Positions 37,201-47,109 of a stretch of 64,000 bases of DNA are shown piece after piece. This DNA is from Candidatus Altiarchaeales archaeon (lineage in GTDB: Archaea; Altiarchaeota; Altiarchaeia; IMC4; SCGC-AAA252-I15). Location: the NCBI GenBank assembly GCA_014727915.1, contig WJMO01000006.1, forward strand, positions 256,001-320,000, in the 5' to 3' direction. A program made the position numbers and the translations under genes. Position 1 is the stretch's first letter. Each line of letters begins with the position of its first letter. The notes beneath the pieces were generated by a model that saw only the letters and a list, made by a program, of their open reading frames with translations, was not told the origin of the DNA and ran no database searches.

Positions 37201-40200
37201 TTCGAGGACAACAACCAGTGGAATGCGGGCGCGGTAGAATCCCCGCCGATGCCGGACCTGATAATAACCGACGTGCAGCCGAGCCCGGACCCGCCGGAAG
37301 GGGACGCAACGAACAGCTTTGACGTGACAGTCAAGAACGTGGGAAGCGACAGCACAGGATCGGCCACAACATACCTTTCGGCTGATGTGGCCGGCACCAG
37401 CTGCCAGGAGACGAGCATATTCCTGAACGACCTCGCCCCGAACTCCCAGCAGACCTATACGATGAGCTTCTTCATCAACGCCGGAAGCGCGGGGCAGCCC
37501 ATATACTTCGACGTCGACTACGGGCCGAATCTATGCGGTTATTTCAGGAGCTACATCACAGAGGAGGATGAGACAAACAACGGATTCATAGGGCCGACCG
37601 TCCTGCCAGATACCATGGGATTGAGGAACCCTGGCTTCGAATCCGGGAGTGGCGCGGACGCGGACAACTGGGATGAAAGCTTCGCCAGTGCGGATAGGTC
37701 GAGCGACAGGTCGCATGACTCCACATATTCCATGAAGTTCATAGCCCCCAACACACCCCAGTCGGTGTTCCAGGAGACGGTTAGGGTTCTGCCAAACGTC
37801 GAATACCGCCTTGGAGGGTGGATATACGACAGCCTGACATCGGGTAACGCATACCTGGACCTGAACGACATAGGAGAGGAGTGCGAAGCCGGTTCGACGC
37901 TTAACGGCCAGTGGGAGCACGTGGAATGCACGTTCACAACGGGCAGCAGCAGAGAGATCGTCACCGTCCGTATGGTCACCGACGGCTCCATCGCAGGGAA
38001 CACAGGCAACGTATGGTTCGACGACCTGGAGCTGGAGCCTGCCGCGGCGGCGCCGGAGGTCTGCTGCAACGACGCGGACGACGACTTCGACTCGTTGGAG
38101 GACGGCGAGGACATGGTGGACTGCAGCCAACCAGCCGTTTCGCTCTCCCCAGGATCTAACAGCGTTTGCTGGTGGACGCGGTGGAACGACTACGAACCGG
38201 GTTCAAGCTACAAGTCCTTCACCTTCGAATGCCCGAGCGGATACCACGTGAGCGAGCTGAACATGGACGTCGACACCGAGGCCAACAATGACGTCATAAG
38301 CATCTACGACGACTACACAAACTTCCTGCTGGCGGAGAGGAGCGGGAGCAGGCCCTCGGAGACCGTCGACGTGTCCGAGTTCAAGAAGGGCAGCGTGCAC
38401 ATGTGGTTCAGCAGCGACAGCAACACACAATACGACGGGGTCAAGGTGAACACGATCACATGCGGCCAGAGCCTGGACACCTGCGACGCGGAATGCCTGT
38501 CAAGGGGTTTCGACTCCGGAACGTGCCGGCCCATAGACTTGTCAGGGACCTTCTGCAGGGAATTCCTCCCTGATACCTGGTGCACAATAGACGATCCGGG
38601 CGGGAACCTCTGCTGCGAGGGCCCCGCGGACACGGACCTGGACTGCGCCAACGACCCGTACATGTTCTACTCGGCATGCTGCGGGCAGAACGGGGAATAC
38701 CTGACGGAATACGACCCTATGGGTCCGGCTAACTGCGGCTTTGAGGGAAGCACCTTCTGGTGCGCAGCCACGGACCCTTGCAACGGCGTCTGCCTCGGGG
38801 ACAGACACATCGGAAGGACGCCCTGTGCGGACCCGGACAATGAGGTGTGCTGCTGCGCGGGCATCGGTCCCACGACCACAACATTGGGTGTGGCAACAGA
38901 GATCTGCTGCAACGACTTCGACGACGACACGGACGGGTTGGAGGACGGAGAGGACGAATCAGACTGCGACATGGACGTCAACCTGAACACCGGGACAAAC
39001 AACGTGTGCTGGTGGACGCGGTGGAACGACTACGCATTCGGCTCCAACTACGGGTCGGGATGGTACATATGCCCGGCGGGGAACATAGTGTCGGAGGTCA
39101 GCATAACCCAGGACATGGAAAGCTGCTGCGACTACTTCAGCATATACAATTCAGGCAATACAATCATAGATTCGAGCAACGGGCAGCAGGGAACTAGGAC
39201 TTTGGACCTGTCAGCGGACGGCACAGACAGGATAAGGTTCGAGTTCACAAGCGATGGGAGCGTCCAATATGACGGGGTGAAGGTCCACACGATCACCTGC
39301 TTTGAGCCCACGCCAGAGGACTGCTGCAATGGCATAGACGACGACACGGACGGGTTAATGGACGGGGAAGACGAGGCAGACTGCGGTGGGGGAGTGGCGA
39401 TGCTCAGCAACACCGTTAATCCGATATGCTGGTGGACGCGGTGGGACGACTACTCACCTTTCTCAGACTATAACTCCCCCGTCTACGAGTGCCCTTTGAA
39501 CAGCAAGGTGACGGATGTCGAGGTGGACCTGCAGACGGAGGGAGGTTATGACTACTTCAGGATATACGATGACGACGGGGACGTTCTCTTGGAGGAGTTG
39601 GACGGGCAGTTCGGACTGTATACCGCAGACATCTCAAGCGACGACGCCAGGAGCATCTACTTCAACTTCTACAGCAACAGCGGAATCGAATATGACGGTG
39701 TAAAAATCAACAGCATAACCTGCGCGCAGATGACGACTACCACCTCGACCACCCTGCCGACAGCGATAACCGAGGGCGTGGTGGACGAGTGCGACGACAC
39801 GGTCGACGGCGCGGGAACGTTCTGCGTCAGCGGGGAGGGCTTCAGCTCGGCAGCCCTGTGCGGCGGAGTCCAGGCAGGCGACTGGGTCGGATTCCACACG
39901 GGATACGAGAGCGGCAGGTGCCTGGAGGTGGACACGACATTCTGCACTCCCTGCTTCGGAGGCTCCAACGACTGCATATACTTCAACGAGGTCTTCCCCT
40001 TGACGATACAGCAGGGCGACCAGTTCAAAGTATGGGATAGTCTTACCGACTGCCTCGACGACGTGCCCGCGATACCCGCGGGGACCAACCTGGAGATAGT
40101 GAAGCTGGGCTCGAGCTGGGGGCAGATAGGCACGTACAACTCCGTGGACTTGAACGCGTATGTCAAGAACACCGGCACAGCCAACGCCGCCGCCACATTG

Positions 40201-43200
40201 TACGCGGACTTCCTGGTGGAGCACCCCAACGGCGACACCTGCCTCGCGGACACCCGAAGCACGGCATTGAACCCGAGAGAGGTCGGAAAGTTCACAGTAC
40301 TATGGGACACTGACATAGACGTGGGTACTAACACGGTGACTGCATTCATCGACAAGGACAACACCTGCGGCAGCGGCCATGACACGAACTCGGAGACTGA
40401 TGAAACAGACAATTCGATCGTCGAAACGTTCGACGTGGCAGGCCCCGACCTGGTGATAACCGACGTATCAACCTCCCCGGACCCTTTGGATGAGGGGAGC
40501 AACGACATCACCGTTACGGTCGAGAACATCGGTGGATCGACAGCATACGACCCGATAACGGTTAAGGTAAACGTTCCCGGGGAGCCGTGCGCCAGCGCGA
40601 ACACGTTCGGACAGATGGACCCGGGACAGACTGAGACGGTCAGCATAAGCGGGTACGTGCTGAGCGCCAACGCAGGAGGCCGGCAGCTGAATGCGTCAGT
40701 TGACGCTAACCCGGACGTCTGCGGCCAGGACAGCGACAACACCCCATACGAGGAGGACGAGAGCAACAACGAATACGCGGACGGCATAGTCGCCGGGGGA
40801 GGCCCCGACCTGCAGATAACCGACCTGCAGCTTAGCGACACAACACCCGCGAAAGGAGATTACATAACGTTCACCGCGACCGTGGAGAACACCGGGTCCT
40901 TCGAGACTACCATCGGTTGGATATACGTGGACATGGTCTTGGACGACGGGAGCTGCCTGTGCACGGGCAACGCATACGTGAACATGCAGCCGGGTGACGC
41001 GAGGACTTTCAGCTGCGGGTGGACCGTGAACAAGGTGGGGACGCGCACAATAACGGCCATCGTCGACGGGCCGAACGACGATAACAGCTGCGCCAACCAC
41101 GATTACATCGACGAGATGAGCGAGACCAACAACGGCTTCCCGTACAACGTGGACATCGCCGGACCCGACCTGGTCATCGAGAACTTCCAGATGACACCCG
41201 CAAGCCCAGCATACAACGAGCAGGTGACGTTGAGCGCGGACGTCCGGAACACCGGGACCACAGCCACGGGTTGGGGCACCAAGTACATCTACTTCTCGCT
41301 CGATGACGGGATATGCCCCAGCATAGGCAACACCTACAGGAACCTCGACATCGCCGCTGGAGGGGTAGAGTCTTTCTCCCGGACATGGAACGCAAACACG
41401 AGGGGAACACGCACGATAACAGCGTCCGTAGACTCTAAAACACCCTGCGCCAACTACGACAACACCCCCGAGACCGACGAATCGAACAACAACGCGACCA
41501 CCGCCCCCTTCCACATACCGGGTCCGGACCTCCAGATAAGCAACCTAGTCATAAGCGACATGACACCCGCCATGGGGGACAGCGTTACCTTCACGGCTAC
41601 CGTAGTGAACACCGGCGACGAAGCGACCAGCGGGAACAAGTACATCAAGTACGTGACGAACGAGAGCGAATGCCTCATCGCCACCTCGAAGAACGTGAAC
41701 CTCGCCGCGGGCGGAGGCACCGACACCATAACGGGGAACTGGAACGTGAACGTCGCTGGGAAGCAGACGATAACGGCGATGATAGACCGGAACCACGTTT
41801 GCGCCAACTACGACTACACCGACGAGACCGACGAGGGCAACAACAACTTCACGTCCACGCTGGTGGACATAACGCCCCCCGACCTGGTAGTGGAGAGCCT
41901 CGAGTTCATACCATCAGACCCGGGAATAGGGGAGAATGTGATACTGAGAGCGACCATCAGGAACGACGGCACCGCAAAGGCGGTTAACAGTATCTATGTG
42001 ATGTTCCAGAACGCCACCAGCTGCATAGGATACAGGAGCACCAGTTTGGACATCAACCCAGGGCAGAGCTACCAGATGTCTGATTACACCTGGAGCATGA
42101 AGTGGCCGGGCACCCAGACGATAACAGCCACCGTAGACAGGGACATCGCGGGATGCAATTGGAACTTCGACTACAACGCCGAAGCGGACGAGACAAACAA
42201 CGAGCTGGCGAACACGTTCACTGTTTTGCAGCCGGACCTGATAATAGAGTCCCTGCAGGTGGAGCCTGCGAGCCCCGGAACCAACGAGTACGTAACGTTC
42301 AGGGCTACCGTGGGGAACCAAGGACCGGGCACCGCAGGATACACTATACAGGTAGGATTCAAGAACGCTACAACCTGCATCGCGACCTCCCTCTCCTCCA
42401 ATGACATACCTCCAGGCGGGAGCCTCGACATAACGCACAGCAGATACTGGAGGTGGCCCGGGGCGCAGACCCTGACTGCCTACGTGGACACGGAAGTGCC
42501 AGCTTGCAGCTGGTACTTCGACAACCACCCCGACGAATTGGACGAAGGCAACAACGACTTGTCAACCACGTTCACCGTCCTCCAACCCGACCTGGAGATA
42601 GTCAACGTCGTCCCGGACCCTGACCCCCCGGCGCCGGGAGCCAACTACTTCGACATAACCGTCCGAAACAACGGGCCAGGGACCGCGGGCGGGAACATAG
42701 TTGTGACTTACAAGTCGCCGGGTACATCCTGTGTGTCAAGGTCCACCGGCACGGACATACCATCGGGCGGGGAGTACACGTTCAACAACCAATACTACAA
42801 CATGCAGGCCGCGAGCGCAGGGCAGGGTGTCATGTTCGACGTGGACAAGGCGGACAGCCTATGCGGCAACGACCAAGACAACAACATTGAGACCGACGAG
42901 ACCAACAACGAATACCAGATCGGCTCAGTATCCCTGCCAGACCTGGTGGTAAGCAACGTGGCCACCAGCCCGGACCCGCTTGCGGCAGGGCAGTGGAACG
43001 ACCTGGACATAACCATAGAGAACCAGGGAGCCGGGCCGACGGACAGCAGCTACATATACACGTCCGTGATAGCCCAGGGTTCGAACTGCAACAACTACAA
43101 CACCCCCTATAACCTACACCTCGCCCCCGGGGAATCATACACGTACAACGTACAATACTACATATACGGGTCAAGCTCTGGGGAGAACCTAGTCGCGTCG

Positions 43201-43299
43201 GTGGACGCGAGCCCCAGCGTCTGCGGAGGAACCAGCTACAACTACAACATAGAGTCGGACGAGACCAACAACCAGCACACCATCGGAGTGATAACTTAA
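34282..43299 (+). CDS. Giant (3005 aa) secreted Cys-rich multidomain adhesin-like protein (CUB-like repeats, GEVED-like, CBM4/9-like, CARDB repeats)
   Basis: Sec signal; five E.CCN..DDD.DG..DGED..DC / W.TRW / YDGV modules; AWFDWNQD..F..EIEDY; NPGFE..VWFDDLEL; about 11 PDL.I/V...E.dE.NN CARDB units; Thr-rich linkers. Confidence 0.9.
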   Translation: MKRVVFCVFWLLTLSSLASADVTYTIHPQEHTFRPGETVEYFITVSNTGGATETVDFDVTGLTPGFSSTVVYRDDEILAGASIVATMRITANIGVSEGTYTNQVVVTPSSQGPLSVDNIILPGRGNPVVEGVVNFCRDSDNLVKMSCSSTGYFDSDALCGGAQVGHWVEFGDGVDAGKCTEIVGATCGSECWPLGHPCLEIGIPVVAEQGYAFMVWESGLSCNEFATTTTTSTTVTTTSSTVITTTSTSTTSTTIYQPPTENCCNQVDDDGDPWIDGEDTVDCQKDRGLNVGWNNICWATRWDDYAPSSDYQSGEYTCPTDHIVSEVEIIQYMEDCCDYFRIYDSSDSIVHQSNGDNGFRTIDVRGASTQSIYFEFTSDGSNEYDGVRVNRIECEHVSDQCRDTCISEGYLDGQCRGIDLSGTSCTSYLPDSFCEVDYLGEMCCEGFSDGTDCPDSSYDFFESCCETNGKFLGGYDPMAPLDCAGEGVTFECVDDNNCDGLVCLGTTHIGRTPCPFPDQQQCCCSGTPQTTTTTTIVSAPEVCCNDYDDDYDGLEDGEDETDCNGDVTLEAGANSVCWWTRWDNYASSSDYQSGLYTCPADHIVTDVDVTQDMETCCDYFEILDDTGAELHSSYGHFGDRVIDLSTHKKQSIRFHFTSDISQEYDGVKINSITCVEYVGPTTTSTTSSTVTTSTLPGGCLDMDATQYCAVTGGRTFTGEYITRVDIHGIDRSSGQERYLDATDSVTDPLVKTGVYMLRLYYPAATGQAGDCFAAWFDWNQDDNFDDGTERISLGCAHTGSDHIDGFVGVPSSAVNGPTMFRIMGEDGTPPGPCTDPSFNEIEDYSACITDTGTPATTTTTTSTTLPGPELIISDVIVSPNPPVAGQNNDLQVTVKNLGVVEVTNTDLYISFKAQGTSCGWTSKFVSSLPYNGETVFSGLSYFIDTASVGNDLLIDVDVNPNLCGSDRNYVSEVFEDNNQWNAGAVESPPMPDLIITDVQPSPDPPEGDATNSFDVTVKNVGSDSTGSATTYLSADVAGTSCQETSIFLNDLAPNSQQTYTMSFFINAGSAGQPIYFDVDYGPNLCGYFRSYITEEDETNNGFIGPTVLPDTMGLRNPGFESGSGADADNWDESFASADRSSDRSHDSTYSMKFIAPNTPQSVFQETVRVLPNVEYRLGGWIYDSLTSGNAYLDLNDIGEECEAGSTLNGQWEHVECTFTTGSSREIVTVRMVTDGSIAGNTGNVWFDDLELEPAAAAPEVCCNDADDDFDSLEDGEDMVDCSQPAVSLSPGSNSVCWWTRWNDYEPGSSYKSFTFECPSGYHVSELNMDVDTEANNDVISIYDDYTNFLLAERSGSRPSETVDVSEFKKGSVHMWFSSDSNTQYDGVKVNTITCGQSLDTCDAECLSRGFDSGTCRPIDLSGTFCREFLPDTWCTIDDPGGNLCCEGPADTDLDCANDPYMFYSACCGQNGEYLTEYDPMGPANCGFEGSTFWCAATDPCNGVCLGDRHIGRTPCADPDNEVCCCAGIGPTTTTLGVATEICCNDFDDDTDGLEDGEDESDCDMDVNLNTGTNNVCWWTRWNDYAFGSNYGSGWYICPAGNIVSEVSITQDMESCCDYFSIYNSGNTIIDSSNGQQGTRTLDLSADGTDRIRFEFTSDGSVQYDGVKVHTITCFEPTPEDCCNGIDDDTDGLMDGEDEADCGGGVAMLSNTVNPICWWTRWDDYSPFSDYNSPVYECPLNSKVTDVEVDLQTEGGYDYFRIYDDDGDVLLEELDGQFGLYTADISSDDARSIYFNFYSNSGIEYDGVKINSITCAQMTTTTSTTLPTAITEGVVDECDDTVDGAGTFCVSGEGFSSAALCGGVQAGDWVGFHTGYESGRCLEVDTTFCTPCFGGSNDCIYFNEVFPLTIQQGDQFKVWDSLTDCLDDVPAIPAGTNLEIVKLGSSWGQIGTYNSVDLNAYVKNTGTANAAATLYADFLVEHPNGDTCLADTRSTALNPREVGKFTVLWDTDIDVGTNTVTAFIDKDNTCGSGHDTNSETDETDNSIVETFDVAGPDLVITDVSTSPDPLDEGSNDITVTVENIGGSTAYDPITVKVNVPGEPCASANTFGQMDPGQTETVSISGYVLSANAGGRQLNASVDANPDVCGQDSDNTPYEEDESNNEYADGIVAGGGPDLQITDLQLSDTTPAKGDYITFTATVENTGSFETTIGWIYVDMVLDDGSCLCTGNAYVNMQPGDARTFSCGWTVNKVGTRTITAIVDGPNDDNSCANHDYIDEMSETNNGFPYNVDIAGPDLVIENFQMTPASPAYNEQVTLSADVRNTGTTATGWGTKYIYFSLDDGICPSIGNTYRNLDIAAGGVESFSRTWNANTRGTRTITASVDSKTPCANYDNTPETDESNNNATTAPFHIPGPDLQISNLVISDMTPAMGDSVTFTATVVNTGDEATSGNKYIKYVTNESECLIATSKNVNLAAGGGTDTITGNWNVNVAGKQTITAMIDRNHVCANYDYTDETDEGNNNFTSTLVDITPPDLVVESLEFIPSDPGIGENVILRATIRNDGTAKAVNSIYVMFQNATSCIGYRSTSLDINPGQSYQMSDYTWSMKWPGTQTITATVDRDIAGCNWNFDYNAEADETNNELANTFTVLQPDLIIESLQVEPASPGTNEYVTFRATVGNQGPGTAGYTIQVGFKNATTCIATSLSSNDIPPGGSLDITHSRYWRWPGAQTLTAYVDTEVPACSWYFDNHPDELDEGNNDLSTTFTVLQPDLEIVNVVPDPDPPAPGANYFDITVRNNGPGTAGGNIVVTYKSPGTSCVSRSTGTDIPSGGEYTFNNQYYNMQAASAGQGVMFDVDKADSLCGNDQDNNIETDETNNEYQIGSVSLPDLVVSNVATSPDPLAAGQWNDLDITIENQGAGPTDSSYIYTSVIAQGSNCNNYNTPYNLHLAPGESYTYNVQYYIYGSSSGENLVASVDASPSVCGGTSYNYNIESDETNNQHTIGVIT
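35062..39723 (+). repeat. Five intragenic Ca-binding-like plus CUB-like modules
   Basis: Copies begin near 35062, 35902, 38056, 38899 and 39316. The DNA word GCTGGTGGACGCGGTGG recurs in four of them. Confidence 0.85.
40084..43296 (+). repeat. Tandem array of about nine CARDB-like domains
   Basis: Repeated PDL(V/Q/I/E)I...V.N.G...C...VD...C...E.DE.NN with a period of about 120 aa. Confidence 0.85.
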
Positions 43300-43334
43300 A
43301 AACTCGACTGTTTTTTAGGGATATATCCATTTAA

Positions 43335-44861
43335 TTGTACATGGGCGGCCATAAGCTCCGATGGGAACTGATAGCAGGGAATGGCTTGGGTAAGACTGCT
43401 AGGAAGGCTTTCAACACCCTCCCGTACCTAATACTCGTCCTTCAGGTCCTGACTTACATGCTCATATTCACGGCGACCACCTTCAACGAGTACAACCGGT
43501 TCTGGTACGGGAACTTCGACCTGGGAATACCAGACCAGGGCATATGGCTGCTGTCAAGGTTCCAGAACCCCTACCTGACGACCAGGGGGCTGCACCTTTT
43601 CGGAGACCACGCATCCTACATACACCTGCTCGTCGCGCCCATATACTGGATATGGGACGACGTCAAAGCCCTGCTGCTGCTGCACACTGCGGCGTTGGCC
43701 ATAGCGGCGGTTCCGGTATACCTGATCGCCCGGGACAAGTTCGGCAACAACTGGACGCCGCTGGTGTTCAGCCTCTCATACATCATGCTACCGGCGGTAC
43801 ACTACAGCAACCTCGACCAGGGATACCACTATGAGACTTTCATGGTGCCCTTCCTGCTCTTCGGATACTGGTTCCTCACACGCAAGATGTACAAGCCATA
43901 CTATCTTATGATATTCCTCTCCCTCATCTGCAAGGAGGAGATAGCAGTGTCCATAGTGCTGTTCGGGGTCTACGTTGCGTTGAAGCACGACCGGAAGGCG
44001 GGTGTTATTACCTCGGCTGCTGCATTGTTCTACCTGCTCATGGTGATGAAGGTGCTGTTCCCGATATTCAACCAGGAGGGGGCGTTCTATACCGACCGAA
44101 CCCTCGGCTCATACGGTAAGACGCCGTTGGACAAGGTGAAGAGCTTCACAAACACCACGTTGATGGAGAAGAAGCTGAACACCGAGAAGAACAGGGTTTA
44201 CGTGAAGAAGCTTCTGGAGTCAACAGGGTACATGGTCTTGCTGGAGCCAATAGCAATGGCGGCATCGGGATCGCTGTGGCTCAACATGCTCCAGGACTGG
44301 TCCTACGCCCACGAGATACAGTACCACTACGTCACGCCCATCATACCGTTCATATACATAGCCCTGATAAACGGGATTGGGAGGTTCAGGAGGAGCGAGG
44401 GTATTATGGCCATGCTCTTGTACCTGATTCTACTTTCCACGTTCTACGGGAACTACCATAACAGCCCCGGGCAGAGCACCCTACGCCACCCCGAGCGGAT
44501 GATGACCGAGATAGAGAACTTCGACGAGGTGACGGAGGAGAACGCCGGCATACTGGAGTTGATGGATTCCATACCGGATGACGCGTCCGTCTCCGCCACA
44601 TACGACTTCGTCAGCCATCTCAGCCACCGGAAGACCATATACATGTTCCCCAACCCGTTCAGGATAAACCTGTACGGGATAGAGGAGCGGGGCGTCCACC
44701 CCGACAAGGACGTCGACTACGTGCTGTTGGACATGCGGCTGATAGGGGACGAAGAGCAGAAGCACGGGTCCGTCAGCAAGGTCACGAAGAGCGGGAAGTA
44801 CGAGCTGGTGAGAGAGTACAGGTTCGTCCAGCTATGGAAGTACAAGGGAGAGCCCGAATAG
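43335..44861 (+). CDS. DUF2079 family membrane protein (GT-C-like)
   Basis: FDLGIPDQGIW, LFGDHAS, CKEE, YHY, IPDDASVSAT..FVSHLSHR..IYMFP. Start codon uncertain. Confidence 0.85.
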   Translation: MYMGGHKLRWELIAGNGLGKTARKAFNTLPYLILVLQVLTYMLIFTATTFNEYNRFWYGNFDLGIPDQGIWLLSRFQNPYLTTRGLHLFGDHASYIHLLVAPIYWIWDDVKALLLLHTAALAIAAVPVYLIARDKFGNNWTPLVFSLSYIMLPAVHYSNLDQGYHYETFMVPFLLFGYWFLTRKMYKPYYLMIFLSLICKEEIAVSIVLFGVYVALKHDRKAGVITSAAALFYLLMVMKVLFPIFNQEGAFYTDRTLGSYGKTPLDKVKSFTNTTLMEKKLNTEKNRVYVKKLLESTGYMVLLEPIAMAASGSLWLNMLQDWSYAHEIQYHYVTPIIPFIYIALINGIGRFRRSEGIMAMLLYLILLSTFYGNYHNSPGQSTLRHPERMMTEIENFDEVTEENAGILELMDSIPDDASVSATYDFVSHLSHRKTIYMFPNPFRINLYGIEERGVHPDKDVDYVLLDMRLIGDEEQKHGSVSKVTKSGKYELVREYRFVQLWKYKGEPE

Positions 44862-44875
44862 TAGAAAAAAACAGG

Positions 44876-47107
44876 CTATTTTCTTAAATAATTCATGATT
44901 TTATCAAAATAACCCCTGTATTCCGGTATCAGGGTGTTGTGTCTGTTTGATATGAGAACGTCGGCTGCGAACACCAGACAGGCCAGGGGGAAGTAGAGGA
45001 CCCACGAGTGCCATATGTTCAGCTCGTGGTTTATCTGCCAGTAGCCGACGACCAACAAAGGCATGAGCGCGGAATATCGGTTGTTGAGGAAGAACGCCAG
45101 TATTAGGAAGGGCATGCACCATAGGAGATACTGCTCGTGGATGACGTGGGTAGACACGAGGAATAGGGTGAACACCAACGCCCCCATCGTATACCGGTCC
45201 AATCTGATGAAAAGGGATGTTAGGACGATGAGCGCGAAGTAGGACCTGAACATGAGGTTCCTTATGGTAACGTAGTCTTCGAAACCCCACCCCTCCAATT
45301 TGGTCATCCAAGACATGCCTGCGGGCGGGCGGTCCAGGTTAGGGCCTATCAGACGCTCGTACACCAGCAGGGGATCGTCCACCAGGAAAGGCAGCATTAG
45401 GAGGAACGCCAGCAGCAAAGCCATGAAAGTCCTCTTGTAAAGCCTCTTCTGCAATATCAGCCATGGGAGCAATAGAAGCGCGAATTGTTTGTGCACGAGA
45501 GCATAACCATAGTAGAGAGAGAACCTCGAATGCTCGATGTTCTTCAACGCTAGGAGTATCAAGCCCAGTCCTAGAGCGTCTGTCTTCCCCTCTGAAGCGC
45601 CTATTCTAAGGACCTCGGGGTTGAAGAGGTAGAGGGAGACAGCCAACAACGCCAGGGTCTTGCTCTTGCCTCTGCCACGGAGTATGGACCAGATGCCGTA
45701 TGCGACAAGCAGGTCTCCAAGTACGGCAGGCAGCTTTATGAGATAGGGCAGGTATAGGGAGTTGAACCCGAACAATACCCTGATGATTCCGAGGGGGTAC
45801 ATGGCCCAGCCCGGGGGCTTGGTCAGGTATAGGTTCCCGTTGAAGTTGTAATCCGGATCCAATAGGGTCAGGTGGAGGTCGGTCTTGTGTATGAGGTTCT
45901 CGGTGTAATAGAGTTCCATGTCCTTGACGTCTATGTTGAGGAAGGTGGGCATTATGACGACCCGTATCATCATGGCGAAGATGACCACTGCGAGTATCAT
46001 CCGGTTCTCATGGACGATCCGGCAGAGGCCCCGTAGTGATTCGGAGAAGTCACGCCCTCGAACACAGACATACGAGTAATAGCATAGCACAATAAGAGAT
46101 AGCAGTGCGGTGACACGCCATTCGAACGCGTTAAGGCCGTGTTCGACGAAGAAATAGCCACCACCCCTGCCGCGTGTCCTGACGGCCAGGGTGTGGATTT
46201 CCTCATCCCCCAAATTCGCCCTTAACCTGTACCCTGAAGTGTACTGGACCCTGGACGCGCCATTGTCGAACTCTAGCTCTCCGTCCAAGTAGACCTTTTC
46301 TACGTTAAGGTCCGATACTATGTCGATTTCGACCTCCTCTGCGGAAGATGTGAACTTCACCACGTTGAAGCCGCCACCCCTGAAGAAGGGGAGATCCACC
46401 TCCCTGAAGCCCCTGAGGCCATACCAGGGCTGATACCACCCGCCACCCTCATAGCTGCTGTAGAACGACCCAACCACCTTGAACTCCCTCGCATTCTGGA
46501 ATATCATGAACGAGGAGAGGAGGAGCAGAAGCAGCGACAACACGAGGATAGCATGGGGCGCCATTCCCTCCAGGACATGCCCATAGTCCTCCAGGACCGC
46601 GCGGAATAATAGCAGGACGGATGATGCGAGGACAGCAAGCATGAGGAAGATAACCGGTGGTGATTCGCCCGCCAGGTTCAGCCTGCCCTCCCCCCCGCCT
46701 GTGTTCATCACGTGCAGGGCCAGAACATGACCGCCATCATCCTCTCCGCCGGATAGGTTGAGGTCAAGTCCTGCGCAGTGGGTGCATGAGCCGCAGCTGC
46801 TGTTGAATATCATGCGCCCGTCAAAGTATGCCTTGGATAGGCAGTCGTCAACCTTTATTATCCTGAAGACCCCACCGGCTGGGAGCTTGTCCATGTGTAT
46901 TCGAAAGTATCCCTCAAGGTTTTCGGTGTAGGAGGAAACGGGAAGCCACATGCCGTCGTCGAATGACCTATCCCGCCATCCGGGGACCCTGTCTTGGCTG
47001 TAGCGTATTTCATACGAGTATTGGCTTCGGTAGTCGTTGAGTGCGTATAAGCTGGCTACCATCAACACCATATAGAGCAGAACCTTCAGCTTCTTCCAAG
47101 AGCCCAT
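44876..47107 (-). CDS. GT-C (GT87/PIG-like) membrane protein with two N-terminal jelly-roll-like domains
   Basis: Start placed at ATG 47107 (MGSWKK), just after asnB. KPPG, IKLPAVLGDL, YLFNP, GKTD, HEQYLLW motifs; domain VDDC...CTHC...NTGGGEG. Confidence 0.75.
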   Translation of the reverse strand: MGSWKKLKVLLYMVLMVASLYALNDYRSQYSYEIRYSQDRVPGWRDRSFDDGMWLPVSSYTENLEGYFRIHMDKLPAGGVFRIIKVDDCLSKAYFDGRMIFNSSCGSCTHCAGLDLNLSGGEDDGGHVLALHVMNTGGGEGRLNLAGESPPVIFLMLAVLASSVLLLFRAVLEDYGHVLEGMAPHAILVLSLLLLLLSSFMIFQNAREFKVVGSFYSSYEGGGWYQPWYGLRGFREVDLPFFRGGGFNVVKFTSSAEEVEIDIVSDLNVEKVYLDGELEFDNGASRVQYTSGYRLRANLGDEEIHTLAVRTRGRGGGYFFVEHGLNAFEWRVTALLSLIVLCYYSYVCVRGRDFSESLRGLCRIVHENRMILAVVIFAMMIRVVIMPTFLNIDVKDMELYYTENLIHKTDLHLTLLDPDYNFNGNLYLTKPPGWAMYPLGIIRVLFGFNSLYLPYLIKLPAVLGDLLVAYGIWSILRGRGKSKTLALLAVSLYLFNPEVLRIGASEGKTDALGLGLILLALKNIEHSRFSLYYGYALVHKQFALLLLPWLILQKRLYKRTFMALLLAFLLMLPFLVDDPLLVYERLIGPNLDRPPAGMSWMTKLEGWGFEDYVTIRNLMFRSYFALIVLTSLFIRLDRYTMGALVFTLFLVSTHVIHEQYLLWCMPFLILAFFLNNRYSALMPLLVVGYWQINHELNIWHSWVLYFPLACLVFAADVLISNRHNTLIPEYRGYFDKIMNYLRK

Positions 47108-47109
47108 GT

